From positions 195,744 to 230,990 of the forward strand of contig PS015043.1 in NCBI GenBank assembly GCA_048213135.1: a stretch of 35,247 bases of DNA, written 5' to 3'. Shown piece by piece: positions 12,662 to 29,297 of this stretch (position 1 is its first letter; the number at the start of each line of letters is the position of its first letter). The notes beneath the pieces are model-generated. The model had not been told where the DNA came from and made no database searches. It saw only the letters and a program-made list of their open reading frames with translations. The stretch is from Reclinomonas americana ATCC 50394. Its lineage: Eukaryota. The translations under genes were made by a program, and so were the position numbers.

Positions 12662-13354
12662 GACTCGACCGAACGGACACGACGGAGGAGTGNNNNNNNN
12701 NNNNNNNNNNNNNNNNNNNNNNNNNNNNNNNNNNNNNNNNNNNNNNNNNNNNNNNNNNNNNNNNNNNNNNNNNNNNNNNNNNNNNNNNNNNNNNNNNNNN
12801 NNNNNNNNNNNNNNNNNNNNNNNNNNNNNNNNNNNNNNNNNNNNNNNNNNNNNNNNNNNNNNNNNNNNNNNNNNNNNNNNNNNNNNNNNNNNNNNNNNNN
12901 NNNNNNNNNNNNNNNNNNNNNNNNNNNNNNNNNNNNNNNNNNNNNNNNNNNNNNNNNNNNNNNNNNNNNNNNNNNNNNNNNNNNNNNNNNNNNNNNNNNN
13001 NNNNNNNNNNNNNNNNNNNNNNNNNNNNNNNNNNNNNNNNNNNNNNNNNNNNNNNNNNNNNNNNNNNNNNNNNNNNNNNNNNNNNNNNNNNNNNNNNNNN
13101 NNNNNNNNNNNNNNNNNNNNNNNNNNNNNNNNNNNNNNNNNNNNNNNNNNNNNNNNNNNNNNNNNNNNNNNNNNNNNNNNNNNNNNNNNNNNNNNNNNNN
13201 NNNNNNNNNNNNNNNNNNNNNNNNNNNNNNNNNNNNNNNNNNNNNNNNNNNNNNNNNNNNNNNNNNNNNNNNNNNNNNNNNNNCGTACCGTACCGGTACG
13301 TCCGTCGTCGTCGTACGTCCGCGTCTACCGTACCGTACTACCTCGTACGTCTCT

Positions 13355-13446
<92 letters not shown>

Positions 13447-13479
13447 CTCTCTCTGTCTCTCTCTCTCTCTGTCTCTCTC

Positions 13480-13511
<32 letters not shown>

Positions 13512-16500
13512 GGTCTCTGTTTCTCACTTTCTCTCCGTCTCGTGGTTGCAGCCTGTGACGCCTTCGAGTCTCTGTTCTTCTTCTCACTCGCTGCCTCTCT
13601 CTCTGTCTGTTTCTTTCTTTCTTTCTCTTTCTCAATCTCTACTCCATTCTCTCTGACTTTCTCTCGTTTCCTGTATCCTTCAGTCTCTCTGTCTCATTCT
13701 CTCCGTCTAATGCTTGCAGTCTGTGACGCCTTCGAGTCTCTGTTCTTCTTCTCACTCGCTGCCTCTCTCTCTGTCTGTTTCTTTCTTTCTTACTCTTTCT
13801 CAATCTCTACTCCATTCTCTCTGACTTTCTCTCGTTTCCTGTATCCTTCAGTCTCTCTGTCTCATTCTCTCCGTCTAATGCTTGCAGTCTGTGACGCCTT
13901 TGAGTCTCTGTTCTTCTTCTCGCTCACTGTCTCTCGCTCGTCTGTCCCTCTCCTCTCCCTCGCAATCTCTTCCTCCACCTTCGTGTTTACCCATTCGCTT
14001 TCCCTTCCCTCCCTTTCCCAATCTCTTTCCATCCTCTTTCCGAATCCTTCTCTTTCCCCTTCCCACCTTCTTTTTAACCCCTTGCCCCCTTTCCCTCTTC
14101 CTCCTTTGCTTTCCCTTTCTCTCCCCGCTCCTCTCCCTCGCAATCTCTTTCCCTTCCACCTTCACTTTCCCCCTTCCCACCTTCCCCTGTTCCCTTTCCC
14201 GCTTCTCACTTTCCCTTTCCCTTCTTACCCCCCCTCTCCTCCCTTGCCTTACATCATCTTCCCCCGCAGTTCGCCCTCGAGTCTTTGAGTTCCACGGAAG
14301 CCTCACCACTGAGGCCCCATTCTCCGATCCCTCCGTGGCGCTCGTCATCGAGTTGGTGTTTGTCGCGCACATTCCACTGCCGCTGAGCAGTACCGCGCCT
14401 CTGCTGGCCGCTGGGTCCTCTGTTGGCGCCGCCTCCATTGGTTTGTTTGCCATTATGCACTTCCTTTATCTCCTTAGCGCCTCACGACCTTTCGTGTCAG
14501 TTGAGAGATCATTCGTGGTCGGTCAGTTGGTGCTGCTGCCGCACGTGCATCCAGTGGTCGGCGATCGGCGGCTCTTCTCGTTCGAGTCGCGTCCTCGCGA
14601 ATCTCTGCTCGTGCCCGGTTGTGCCGTGTACTGCCTGCCGCCGCCTGGACCCGATGATCCCGACACGTACCCCATCACCTGCCGCTTCTCTGCCACCGGG
14701 TACATGGCGCGGCCGAACACCAGTTGCCTACTTTCGTCCCCAGTCGCCCCTTGGTTTGCTGTATTTCTCACACGCTTGTTGCTCGTGGCAGAACTTCCTT
14801 CGGTGCTGTCACCAAAGGCCGATTCCCAGGCACATGCGCAGTTCACTCGGGGTTCGTCTGGGACCGGGAGTGGATGCATTTTCAAGCAGCAATCTCTCAT
14901 GTGTGTGTGCTCGCACTGCAGATCTTCCACTTCCGCAACCGACACCTGCACCCGTACAAGTCAACCACGAGGCGAGCACGCATCACGTGATGTCCTCGAA
15001 GGAAGCAACGGGCGCGGGGGCGCCGGATGCCGAACCCGCCCGCGCACAGGCCCCTCCACCACCATCGGAGCCATCGGCTCCTGTGCCTCCCGGTGTGTGC
15101 TCGCCTCCTCCTGACAAGTACACGTGCCTGCCTGTTGCTGACTAACGTGCGTGTTCCACAGCGCCAGCGATTCTGTCGGCCACCGCGTTGTCGGCGACCA
15201 CCGCAGAGGTGGAGCTGGAGGCGCCGAAGTTGGCGATTGTGTCGCGTCACGAGTTTGAGCTGTGCTCATCGCCGGCGTTCTCGACCGACAGTTGAGTCTG
15301 CTTTTCTTCGCATCCGCCTTGTGGGATCATGTATGCATGTGCCTTACCATCTCTGTCCCGCAGACAAGGTTGACACGCTGAAGCGTGAAGTCCTTGGCTA
15401 CACACGCGACGGCAATGGGCTGGTTGCCACTTTCCACGGACTGACTCCCGGCGGAAGGTACTTTGTGCGAGCGTTTGCTGTCACACGCAGCGGCGGTCAT
15501 TCGCAGGCATCGGCCGTGTTCCAGCTCAGTTGCGTCAACTTGTTCCTTTCAGTAAAGTGCAGCACTTCCACGCTCACCTCGTGACTCGTTCATGATGACA
15601 GCAACCCCAATGGCCGATCCGCCGGCAAAGATGACCGATGCCGGCAACGCGGCGGCGCCTGAGATGAGCATATCGCCGACCAATGCGCGCTCACATTCGC
15701 GTCGCGAGTGGGACGATGAAGACGAGCTGCCGGTGTCGACCTTCCATGTGCCTGTCAGCGCCAGTATGGCGGTCAGTGCACCGCAACTCCTCTTGCGTTC
15801 TCCCGAAGATGTCTCACACTGGCGATGCAGAGTTCAATCGGCGCGCCGGCCGTGCAACCCGGCGGCTACCCGAGTGGCATGCGGATGACGCGGTCGGAGC
15901 TGCGCAAGTTGATGGAAATGGACATGCCGACGCTGACCAACGAGCACGGCCTGCCGCTCATCGATGTCAGCTACGTCACCAGCTCTGTCAACGGGATTCC
16001 GAATGCCAAGGTGCGTCGCCATCTCTCTCTGCTGTGCACCAAATCGAATGGAAGAGCTGACTGAACGACTGGCCACAGGCGCTGGATGACATTGACTTTG
16101 CGTTGGAGAGTACCGATGTGCTGGACGTGAACGAGTTTGTCGCCCAATTCTGGGCCTACACACCGGCGGACACGACTGCAGTCCCGCTCGGTTTGTTTTT
16201 TTCGCGCATGTGCAATGTCATGTGCCGAGTCTCACGGCTGTGGCGTGCGTTGCAGGCGGCTACGCTGGTCCTCCACGTCGCGTGCACTTTTCCGTGCGCT
16301 TCTTCTGGTTCCCACTGGTCAACACGCGACGGGCGCCGATGCAGCTCGTGCGCGGTGCCGATCCGAATGATCCCATGTGCCTGCTCTCCCACGATTCGGC
16401 GTCACATCATGCGACGGATGCGGCGGGTGCGCAGACGGTGAGTAGGATGAGATGAGGAGCAAGGGGGATGGAAGGGGAAGGGAGATGGAAGGGGAAGGGA

Positions 16501-19500
16501 GAGTGGAAGGGAGAGTGAAGGGAAGGGAGAGTGAGGGGAAGGGGAGTAGGAGGGAGGGCGAGTGAGGTGAGGAGAGTGAGGAGGCGAGTGGAGGGTAGGG
16601 TAGTNNNNNNNNNNNNNNNNNNNNNNNNNNNNNNNNNNNNNNNNNNNNNNNNNNNNNNNNNNNNNNNNNNNNNNNNNNNNNNNNNNNNNNNNNNNNNNNN
16701 NNNNNNNNNNNNNNNNNNNNNNNNNNNNNNNNNNNNNNNNNNNNNNNNNNNNNNNNNNNNNNNNNNNNNNNNNNNNNNNNNNNNNNNNNNNNNNNNNNNN
16801 NNNNNNNNNNNNNNNNNNNNNNNNNNNNNNNNNNNNNNNNNNNNNNNNNNNNNNNNNNNNNNNNNNNNNNNNNNNNNNNNNNNNNNNNNNNNNNNNNNNN
16901 NNNNNNNNNNNNNNNNNNNNNNNNNNNNNNNNNNNNNNNNNNNNNNNNNNNNNNNNNNNNNNNNNNNNNNNNNNNNNNNNNNNNNNNNNNNNNNNNNNNN
17001 NNNNNNNNNNNNNNNNNNNNNNNNNNNNNNNNNNNNNNNNNNNNNNNNNNNNNNNNNNNNNNNNNNNNNNNNNNNNNNNNNNNNNNNNNATGAAGGGGAA
17101 GGGGCATGAGGGTGAAGGGAGATGAAGGGGAAGGGGCATGAGGGGGAAGGGGATGAGGGGGAAGGGGGAAGAAGGGGAAGGGAATGGAAGGGGCAATATT
17201 CGTGAGGGGGATGAAGGGGAAGGGAGATAAAGGGAATGGAAGGGGCGAGAGAGAGGGAGAGAGAATGCTGTTGTCAAGTGGAGGCGGGCGTTTCTGTCGA
17301 GATGGAACAGAAGAGGGGAGTTTGGCGAAAGTTTTTGACTAGCTGAGCTACAACAAAATATTTGTCTTGTTCTTGAATTGGAGTGCGTGTGCGAGAGAAA
17401 GAACGACTCAACTTAGTGGGTTTATCGTCCTTTGAGTCTGTGAGGGAGAGAGAAGTGGCCAATAGAGCAGTGAACAAAGGGAGAGGGTGCAGGAGAGATA
17501 GAGAGAGCATTTTGGCTTTCTCATCAGTCGATGCATGTATTTATTGTGAGTTGAGAGGGAGCAGAGCAACAGAAAGGAAGGAGAAAGAATGCAGTGGATA
17601 TATTGGAGTGCAATCAAGAAATGGGAGAGGACAGTGGGAATGCCTGCGTTCGCAAGACAAGAGCAAGCGCAGCACTTTGGCTTTCTCAGTCAGAGTGTGG
17701 ATTGCCAGGGAAGAGAGGAGACATGAGATTCATTCTCAATTCACACGCTCACCCATTCCTCCTTAATTCCCTTACACAGAGCGGCTTCGAAATCCGCCAC
17801 CGTGTCGAGCGCAACGGCATGTCCGCGGCCGAGTTTGAGAACTTCCTGAAGTACATGATGTGTCGCACCATCGTCATCGATGTGTGGGACAGCGACACAC
17901 AGACGGTCATTGGGCGTGTGCATGCGCCGTTGCGCAATCTGCTGCGACAACAGCGACAGGGCGTGAAGCAGCTGCTGTCGTGCCCCGTCATCAGTGACGT
18001 GGACTCGTTTACCGCACGGCAGTATGTGGTTGGCAAGTTGCATTTGCGGCTGGCCTGCATCGGGTGTCGCGATGATAGCGGGTTGCCGGTGGTTGGTCCA
18101 GCAGGTGAGCTGGGGGGGAGAGGAGAGGGAGGAGAGGAGAGGAGAGGAGAGGAGAGGAGAGGAGAGGAGAGGAGAGGAGAGGAGAGGAGAGGAGAGGAGA
18201 GGAGAGGAGAGGGAAGGGGGAGGGAGAAAGCTAAGAAGACTGAGAGGTTGAGAGGTTGAGACTTGAAAGACAGAGAGAGAGAGAGAGAAGAGACTTGGAA
18301 GTGTCCAGGTTTCAGATGCTGCTTAGACTGAGTGAGTGAATGAGAGGCTGTGGGGCTGCGAGAGTGATTGCAGGGCGGAATCACTCTCTTTTTGTATCTC
18401 GTGACAGCAACTGAATCCCTCGTTTCCCCTCACTTCCACTCAGTGTGTGTTCTTGGCAGCACGCATTCTTCTGGCTTCCACTGCAATACAACACACTTTG
18501 TCTCTCAATCTCTCCTGATTCAATCTCTCTCTCTCTCTCTCTCTCTCCGTGACTTTTGCCGCCTCTCTGGCTGTCGCTGGCTCAATCAATCTTCAGTCTA
18601 TCAAACTCTTTCCTCCACTCAGTACTTTTGCCTGCCTGTCGATTATGGCAGCTCGCGCTCTTCTCGCTATCTCTCAATCTCAGTCACTCTCCCTCTGTGA
18701 CTTTCACAGCCTCCCAGGCCTTCACTCTCTCCTTGACTCGTTCTGTCTATCAAGCCCCCACTTCCGCTCAGTGCCTTTGCCTGCCTATACTCTGGCAACT
18801 CGCATTGTCCACACTCCCACTCCAACACAACTCATACGCACGCTATCCTTCTGTCTCTCAAACTACCTCTCCGCAGTCTCTCAATTTGTCACTCGCCCTT
18901 CGCGCTCCATTAAATCAACCTCTCACTTCCACTCACTGCATGCGCCTGTCAATTAAAGCAGCTCGCGTTCGCCTCTGTGTCTCCCAGTCTTTCATCATGT
19001 TAGCTCTCTCCTCTCTCCCCCTCTCTCTTCTTTTTCTTCTTCTTCTTCTTTTCCTCCCCCCTTCTCCTCCTTCTCCTTCTTCTTCATTCGTTCAGTGTAC
19101 CATCATAGCGCACTTTCTCGCTCTTGCTTTTTGACTCCTTCTCACTTCTCCTAATCTCATCACTTTCCTTGTCCTCTCCCCCAGAAAACCCTCTTCTGCA
19201 CGCCCGACCCATGCAGGGCGTGCGCGAGGAGCTGCATCACCAGCGTGCCGCCATTGGTGCGCCCGACAAAATGATGGTGTCGGTGGAGAACTACCGCACC
19301 GATCACCGACTCGAGGCCGCCAAAATGGCTGCGCGCAAGACCCTGACCGACACGGTGCGACTCCGCAGCTCCGTCGGCTACGCCGTGTTCTACGAGTACA
19401 CGCTGCAGAATCCCACACAGCAGCCGCAGTTGCTGCGAGTGGTTGTGGAAGGTATATTTGAGTACTTTCGGCGCCCCTTCATCCCAAAATGACGCCCACA

Positions 19501-21181
19501 CCCCTCCTCCTCCTCAGGCGATCAATCGGAGCTGCGACTGGTGACCGAGCCGGTGGAGTGGGAGCTGCTGCGCGAGATCTCGGCCGAGCAGGCGAATCCG
19601 TTTGCCGCCGGCCGAGCACGTAGCGGTATTCCAGTGGAGGAGGGTTTGGCCGATCGCGACGGCGTGGTCACGGTGCATCCGGGAGAGACACTGCAGTTGC
19701 CGTTTGTGTTCAAGACGTTGCGTGCGCCCGACATTCCTGTGGACACCCTGCGTCGACGCGGCGGGCAGCTGCGGCACGCCGAGGTGACCATCTACGACGG
19801 CTCGGGCGACGTGTTCCGCATTCTGTCGTTCGAGATCGAGATGCGCCCGCACGTGGTCGACAGTCACTTTTCGTTCTATTGTGGCCGCAACGAGATCTTC
19901 CGCAAGAGCCTGTGCCTGCGACCGGGCACACTCGGCGACGCCTACATGGCTCACCTCTTCCCCGGCGCCGTCTCGGACGCGCAGGCGTGGACCGACGGTC
20001 CACCGCCACCGTCCTCCGCCGTCGGCAACAGCGTGAGCTCGGTGCGTCTGTATCCGGTGGAGCAGCGGTACGGGTGCTCCACGACACCCGAGGCGCAAGT
20101 GACGGTGCGCAAGCGACAAGTGGAGAGTGAGATGCACCTGGTGGATTTGCGCGTCCGTTGCGGCGACGTGGGCCAGCCCAGCACCTTCCTCGTGTGCCTC
20201 TACAGCGATTCGTTCCTGGTCAATTTGACGGATTTGTGGGAGGTGACGGTGCACCCGCTGAACAAGCTGAGCGTGAATGGGACGGCTGGCCAGGTGTCGC
20301 GCGACATGCTGCGCTTGCCGGTGTTGACGAGTACGGCGCCGATGCAGGTGAGAGAAAAGAAGGGAGGAGCAAGTGGACAAGTCACTTACATGCGGGTTTT
20401 TTTGTTGTGTGCAGGTGATCACGGTGTCGTCCAACCCGGTGTTGAACACAGTGCCTGCGGTGCCGGTGGTGGTGCAGCCGGGTTCCACAACGGTGCTGGA
20501 TCTGGAGTTCCAGCCGCGTGAGCCGGGGCAAGCAGAAATCATTCTCAACACGCTAGGTACGCGGAGTTCTTGGCTGCTGTGTTTGTGCTGCATTTGCCGT
20601 TGACGTGCTCTCTGCAGATGCTTCCGCGGGTGTCATTCTGTACTCCACTCTTGCCGTGTGTCACGCTGCGCCGCCGGCAGTGGACTACAAGTTCGACATT
20701 GTGCTGCCACTCAATGAGGAGTCGAAGAGGGTGTGTTGGCATTCATTCATTCTCTGTCTGTGTAAGTGTGCCAGCATCTCACTCACTCGCTTCCTCTCAG
20801 AAAATCTCCTTCCGCAACGCCCTTCAAATGGCGCGCACGTTCACCATTCGCACCAGCCACCCGCCTCTCATGTCGATTCCGGTGGGAGCGGAGCAGCTGC
20901 GCCTCGGTCCAGGAGAGAAGGGTTGGATTCGCTTGCGCTTGCCGGCCCAGTCACAGGAGGCCACACGACATGTGTATGTGTTTGTCAACGACGAGGATGG
21001 TCGCACGGAGCAGTGCATTCTCGTGCACGTGCAGTTTGTGCGGCAGGCGGTGCCGGCGGGCGCAGCCACGACAACTGCGGTGGCTGCACGACGCGTGCAG
21101 AGTTCCACCGAATTGCCGCCGTGGCCTCCACAGCAGCAGCAGCAGCCGGCTGTATCGGCGACGCTGTCCAGAAGAGTCTAA
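9176..21181 (+). CDS. NPHP4: Nephrocystin-4 (ciliary transition-zone protein), about 1798 aa, 24 exons
   Basis: Exons 9176-9676, 9745-9950, 11009-11204, 11263-11567, 11635-11673, 11739-11848, 12097-12362, 12438-12591, 14270-14440, 14501-14722, 14792-14851, 14922-15092, 15162-15290, 15364-15528, 15602-15771, 15831-16010, 16079-16190, 16256-16437, 17780-18104, 19185-19451, 19518-20347, 20415-20556, 20618-20730 and 20801-21181 total 5397 nt with all phases consistent. Colinear NPHP4 motifs: LFDVLAQAFVGRTY, GTPRCL, IVERRLLVGAHN, ESTDVLDVNEFVAQF, TIVIDVWDSDT...LRNLLRQ, GKLHLRLACIG, FYEYTLQNP, RPHVVDSHFSFY, VYVFVNDEDGRTEQCILVHV. Extra exons inside N gaps cannot be excluded. Confidence 0.92.
13530..13930. 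repeat. 168-bp near-perfect tandem duplication (~2.3 copies) in an NPHP4 intron
   Basis: ttgcag(c/t)ctgtgacgcctt(c/t)gagtctctgttcttc begins at 13546, 13714 and 13882. Confidence 0.9.
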
Positions 21182-21321
21182 TGATATGTTTTTCGTCGGT
21201 GGTCCGCGTGCCTCGTCCGCGTGTGTGAATCGACAACCAATCTTGTTCAAATCTTGTTACTTTCTCTCTCTCTCTTTAAAGTGTGTGTGGATAAGAAATG
21301 CCTTACTTAGTACAGCGTGGT

Positions 21322-25620
<4,299 letters not shown>

Positions 25621-26158
25621 GGTTGTTGTGGTAAAGAGTGAGAGAGTGTGCGTGCGTGCGTTGGGCCCGCGCGTGTTCAGTGGTGAGGGCCCTTTGTCCT
25701 GCGGGCCGAAAATCTGCAACAATTCAATGGTGGCTGTCTGTTTCTTGTCAATTTGCACACGGAAGAAGCTGTGGGAGCACCATCACGCACTCTCCAGCAA
25801 GCAGTTCCCAGGGGAGTCTGCGCGCGAAGTGATAATTGACCTTTGAATTCTGTGTCCTGCAGCTGCCCGAGGGTCGTGAAGGCAGGGGTCAAGGGAAAGG
25901 GTGAATGGTACAAGGCTACAAGAATGCAAGGGTCAAGGCAACAGTGCTCAGAGCGCAGTGATCCACCGAGGGTTGCGATGTCGACGTCGACACCGCAAAT
26001 CGTCTTCCAGCAGCGTCCAGGCACTTTCCCTGCTGTTTCTGCAATTACAGTACTCTCCTAACTCTGTGTGAGAGCGCAGGCACAGTGAGCTGCTGATCCA
26101 GACGCGCCCGGACAACGTCGAACTATTTTTGCCTTCTTTCTCGCTCTCTCTCGAGCTG

Positions 26159-27702
26159 ATGTCGTTTCCTCTCGTCGTCAACAGCCTGTGGGTGTCAAGC
26201 TGGCTACGTGCAGTGTACTCTGTCGCCGTCACGCCCGATGGAATGCACGTGGTGGGTGGCATCCACGATGGCACAGTGCGCGTGTGGTCACTGTCGACAG
26301 GTGACGAGGTGCGTTGCATGGAGGGGCACAACAAGTGGGTGTACTCTGTCGCCATCACCCCCGACGGCAAGCACATTGTGAGTGGCGGCTATGACAGCAT
26401 TGTGCGAGTGTGGTCACTGGCGAGTGGCGAGGAGGTGCGACGCATGGAGGGGCACCTGAACAATCTGTGGTGCGTTGCTGTGACCCCCGATGGTCGGCAT
26501 GTCGTGAGCGCAGGCAGTGACAACTCTGTGCGAGTGTGGTCACTGGCGACGGGAAATGAGGTGCGACGATTTGACGGCCACCAAAGTGGAGTCTCCACAG
26601 TCGCCGTCACTCCCGATGGCCAGCACATTGTGAGCGGATGTGGAGACAGAACTGTGCGCGTGTGGTCACTGGCGACTGGCGCGGAGGTGCGTCGGTTGCA
26701 GGGGCACACGCGTGTCGTGCACTCGGTTGCCGTCTCCCCCGACGGTCAGNNNNNNNNNNNNNNNNNNNNNNNNNNNNNNNNNNNNNNNNNNNNNNNNNNN
26801 NNNNNNNNNNNNNNNNNNNNNNNNNNNNNNNNNNNNNNNNNNNNNNNNNNNNNNNNNNNNNNNNNNNNNNNNNNNNNNNNNNNNNNNNNNNNNNNNNNNN
26901 NNNNNNNNNNNNNNNNNNNNNNNNNNNNNNNNNNNNNNNNNNNNNNNNNNNNNNNNNNNNNNNNNNNNNNNNNNNNNNNNNNNNNNNNNNNNNNNNNNNN
27001 NNNNNNNNNNNNNNNNNNNNNNNNNNNNNNNNNNNNNNNNNNNNNNNNNNNNNNNNNNNNNNCTCATTGTGAGCGGGAGTGGAGATAACACTGTGCGGGT
27101 GTGGTCACTGGCGAGCGGAGAGCAAGTGCGACGATTCGATGGACACCACAAAGGAGTGCATTGTGTGGTATTCACCAAGGATGGCCAGCACGTCATCAGT
27201 GGGAGTATGGACATGACAGGGCGGGTGTGGTCGCTGGCGAGTGGCGAAGAAGTGCGACAGTTGAACGAACACACCGACTGCGTGCAAGCTCTCGCTGTTA
27301 TGTCCGATGGAGAGCGCTTCGTGAGTGGAAGCCGGGACGGCGTGTTGCTAGTGTGGTCCACGTCGTGTGCCCTGGCTCAGGATGACCTCAACNNNNNNNN
27401 NNNNNNNNNNNNNNNNNNNNNNNNNNNNNNNNNNNNNNNNNNNNNNNNNNNNNNNNNNNNNNNNNNNNNNNNNNNNNNNNNNNNNNNNNNNNNNNNNNNN
27501 NNNNNNNNNNNNNNNNNNNNNNNNNNNNNNNNNNNNNNNNNNNNNNGCTGCGAGGGCGGCCACGGAGGCCGTCCAGGAGATGCTGACAGAGGAGGGGGAT
27601 GCGCGCGTGTTGGCGGAGATGGTTCTGCGCTGCTTCCTGGTAGAGGATGCCGAGTGTGTGCTGTTTCGGTGCCGTGCGGACCGAGGGGAAGAGAAGGGGT
27701 GA
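26159..27702 (+). CDS. Intronless WD40-repeat protein, paralog A (7 repeats plus conserved C-terminal tail; interrupted by two N gaps)
   Basis: 42-aa repeats of the form GHxxxVxxVAVTPDGxHIVSGxxDxTVRVWSLAxGEEVRR. Tail ...RVLAEMVLRCFLVEDAECVLFRCRAD. Sequence joins seamlessly across both gaps. Confidence 0.85.
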
Positions 27703-28104
27703 AGATGTCAAGACTCTGCTCTTTTTCTCTCTCGTCGGGGCATAACCGTGTATTTCACGAAGCGTCTTTATCCGGTTGTTGAGTATCTGCGCCAAACAGC
27801 AAGCAACTGAATTCCTTTCCGGCCTCGCAGAGACGTTGCATCATAAGTCGAGTGAACCCTTTTTTCGTTCTCCCTCTCCCTGTCGCTGAACTTGCAGTTG
27901 TACTCTTCGTGGTGCTCAGAGAAACTGTGCGCAGGGAACGGACTGATGATGATGAGCAGGAGGAAGAGGAGCGGCAAGTGGTCAATGAGCACTGCGGCAT
28001 GTCCTCCTCGATAGTTCTGTCCCCCACACTCTTACGCATTCAGTCCGCATTCACATCACCAGCGCGTGCTCTCTCCCTCCCTCCCCCTCCCTCTCTGTCA
28101 CACC

Positions 28105-29193
28105 ATGTTCTCTCCTCCTCCTCCACTGTTCCCCAGCCACTGCCTGCTTGGCAGTGGAGGCTCCGTGAACTGTGTCACTGTCACACCCGACAGCCAGCAC
28201 ATTGCGACTGGCCACCAAGATGGCAGTGTGCGAGTGTTGTCTCTGGTGACTGGCAAGGAGGTGCGACGAATGGAGGGACACAGCAGGTGGGTGACATCAG
28301 TGGCCGTCACAGCTGATGGTCAGTTTGTAGTCAGTGGCAGCTGGGACAAGACCGTACTCGTGTGGTCACTGGCGAGTGGCGAGGAGCTGCGACGGATGGA
28401 GGGGCACACTGATCCGGTGCATTGTGTCGCCGTCACTCCCGATGGGAAGCACGCTGTGAGTGGGAGTGCTGACCGCACAGTGCGCGTGTGGTCGATGGCG
28501 AGTGGGGAAGAAGTGCAACGGTGCGCGGGAAACACCGGGGCAGTGTATTCAGTCGCCGTCACTCCCGATGGTCGGCACATTGTCAGTGGGAGTGATTACT
28601 ACACCTTGCACTTGTGGTCCCTGGCGAGGGGTGAGGAGGTGCGGCGATTTGGGGGTCACGGGGGAGGCGTGCATGCTGTTGCCGTCGCACCCGATGGCCA
28701 GCACGTGGTGAGTGGAAGTGTTGATCGCACAGTGCGTGTGTGGTCTCTGGCGAGTGGCCAGCAAGTGCGACAGATGGAGGGGCACACTGGTCCGGTGCAT
28801 TCTGTCACTGTCACTCCCGACGGGAGGCACGTGGTGAGCGGCGGTGGTGACATGACCGTGCGAATGTGGTCGCTTGAGAGTGGTGAGGAGGAACGGCAGT
28901 TTGACGGTCACACTGCGTGGGTGCAGTGTGTCGCAGTCGCTCCCGACGGTCAGCAGGTGGTGAGCGGCAGCGGCAGGTTTGTTCGAGTGTGGTCCACGCA
29001 GTGCGCACTCGCACGGAACGAGCTGGACCGTGCGCGGGCGGCCATGGAGGCCGTCCAGGAGATGCAGGAGGAGGAAGAGGACGACACGGAGTCGCGAGTG
29101 CTGGCAGAGGTGGTGTTGCGCTGTTTCCTGGTGGAGGATGCCGAGTGTGTGTTGTTCCGGTGCAGTGCGGACCAAGGGGAAGGGAAACGGTGA
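28105..29193 (+). CDS. Intronless WD40-repeat protein, paralog B (7 repeats plus tail)
   Basis: Complete ORF MFSPPPPLFPS... with seven WD40 repeats and tail STQCALARNELDRARAAMEAVQEMQEEEEDDTESRVLAEVVLRCFLVEDAECVLFRC. Confidence 0.92.
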   Translation: MFSPPPPLFPSHCLLGSGGSVNCVTVTPDSQHIATGHQDGSVRVLSLVTGKEVRRMEGHSRWVTSVAVTADGQFVVSGSWDKTVLVWSLASGEELRRMEGHTDPVHCVAVTPDGKHAVSGSADRTVRVWSMASGEEVQRCAGNTGAVYSVAVTPDGRHIVSGSDYYTLHLWSLARGEEVRRFGGHGGGVHAVAVAPDGQHVVSGSVDRTVRVWSLASGQQVRQMEGHTGPVHSVTVTPDGRHVVSGGGDMTVRMWSLESGEEERQFDGHTAWVQCVAVAPDGQQVVSGSGRFVRVWSTQCALARNELDRARAAMEAVQEMQEEEEDDTESRVLAEVVLRCFLVEDAECVLFRCSADQGEGKR

Positions 29194-29251
29194 AGATGTC
29201 AAGGAAGGAGCTGAGGTGCACTCTCGCCTGCTCTGCAACCTTGCATCTATG

Positions 29252-29297
<46 letters not shown>

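Noticed and set aside
13284-13350. Odd CGTAC/GTCGT-rich strings beside gaps (also 5891-5960, 10295-10339, 12661-12692)
   Set aside because: They occur only at contig ends next to microsatellites and look like low-quality pyrosequencing read-end noise.
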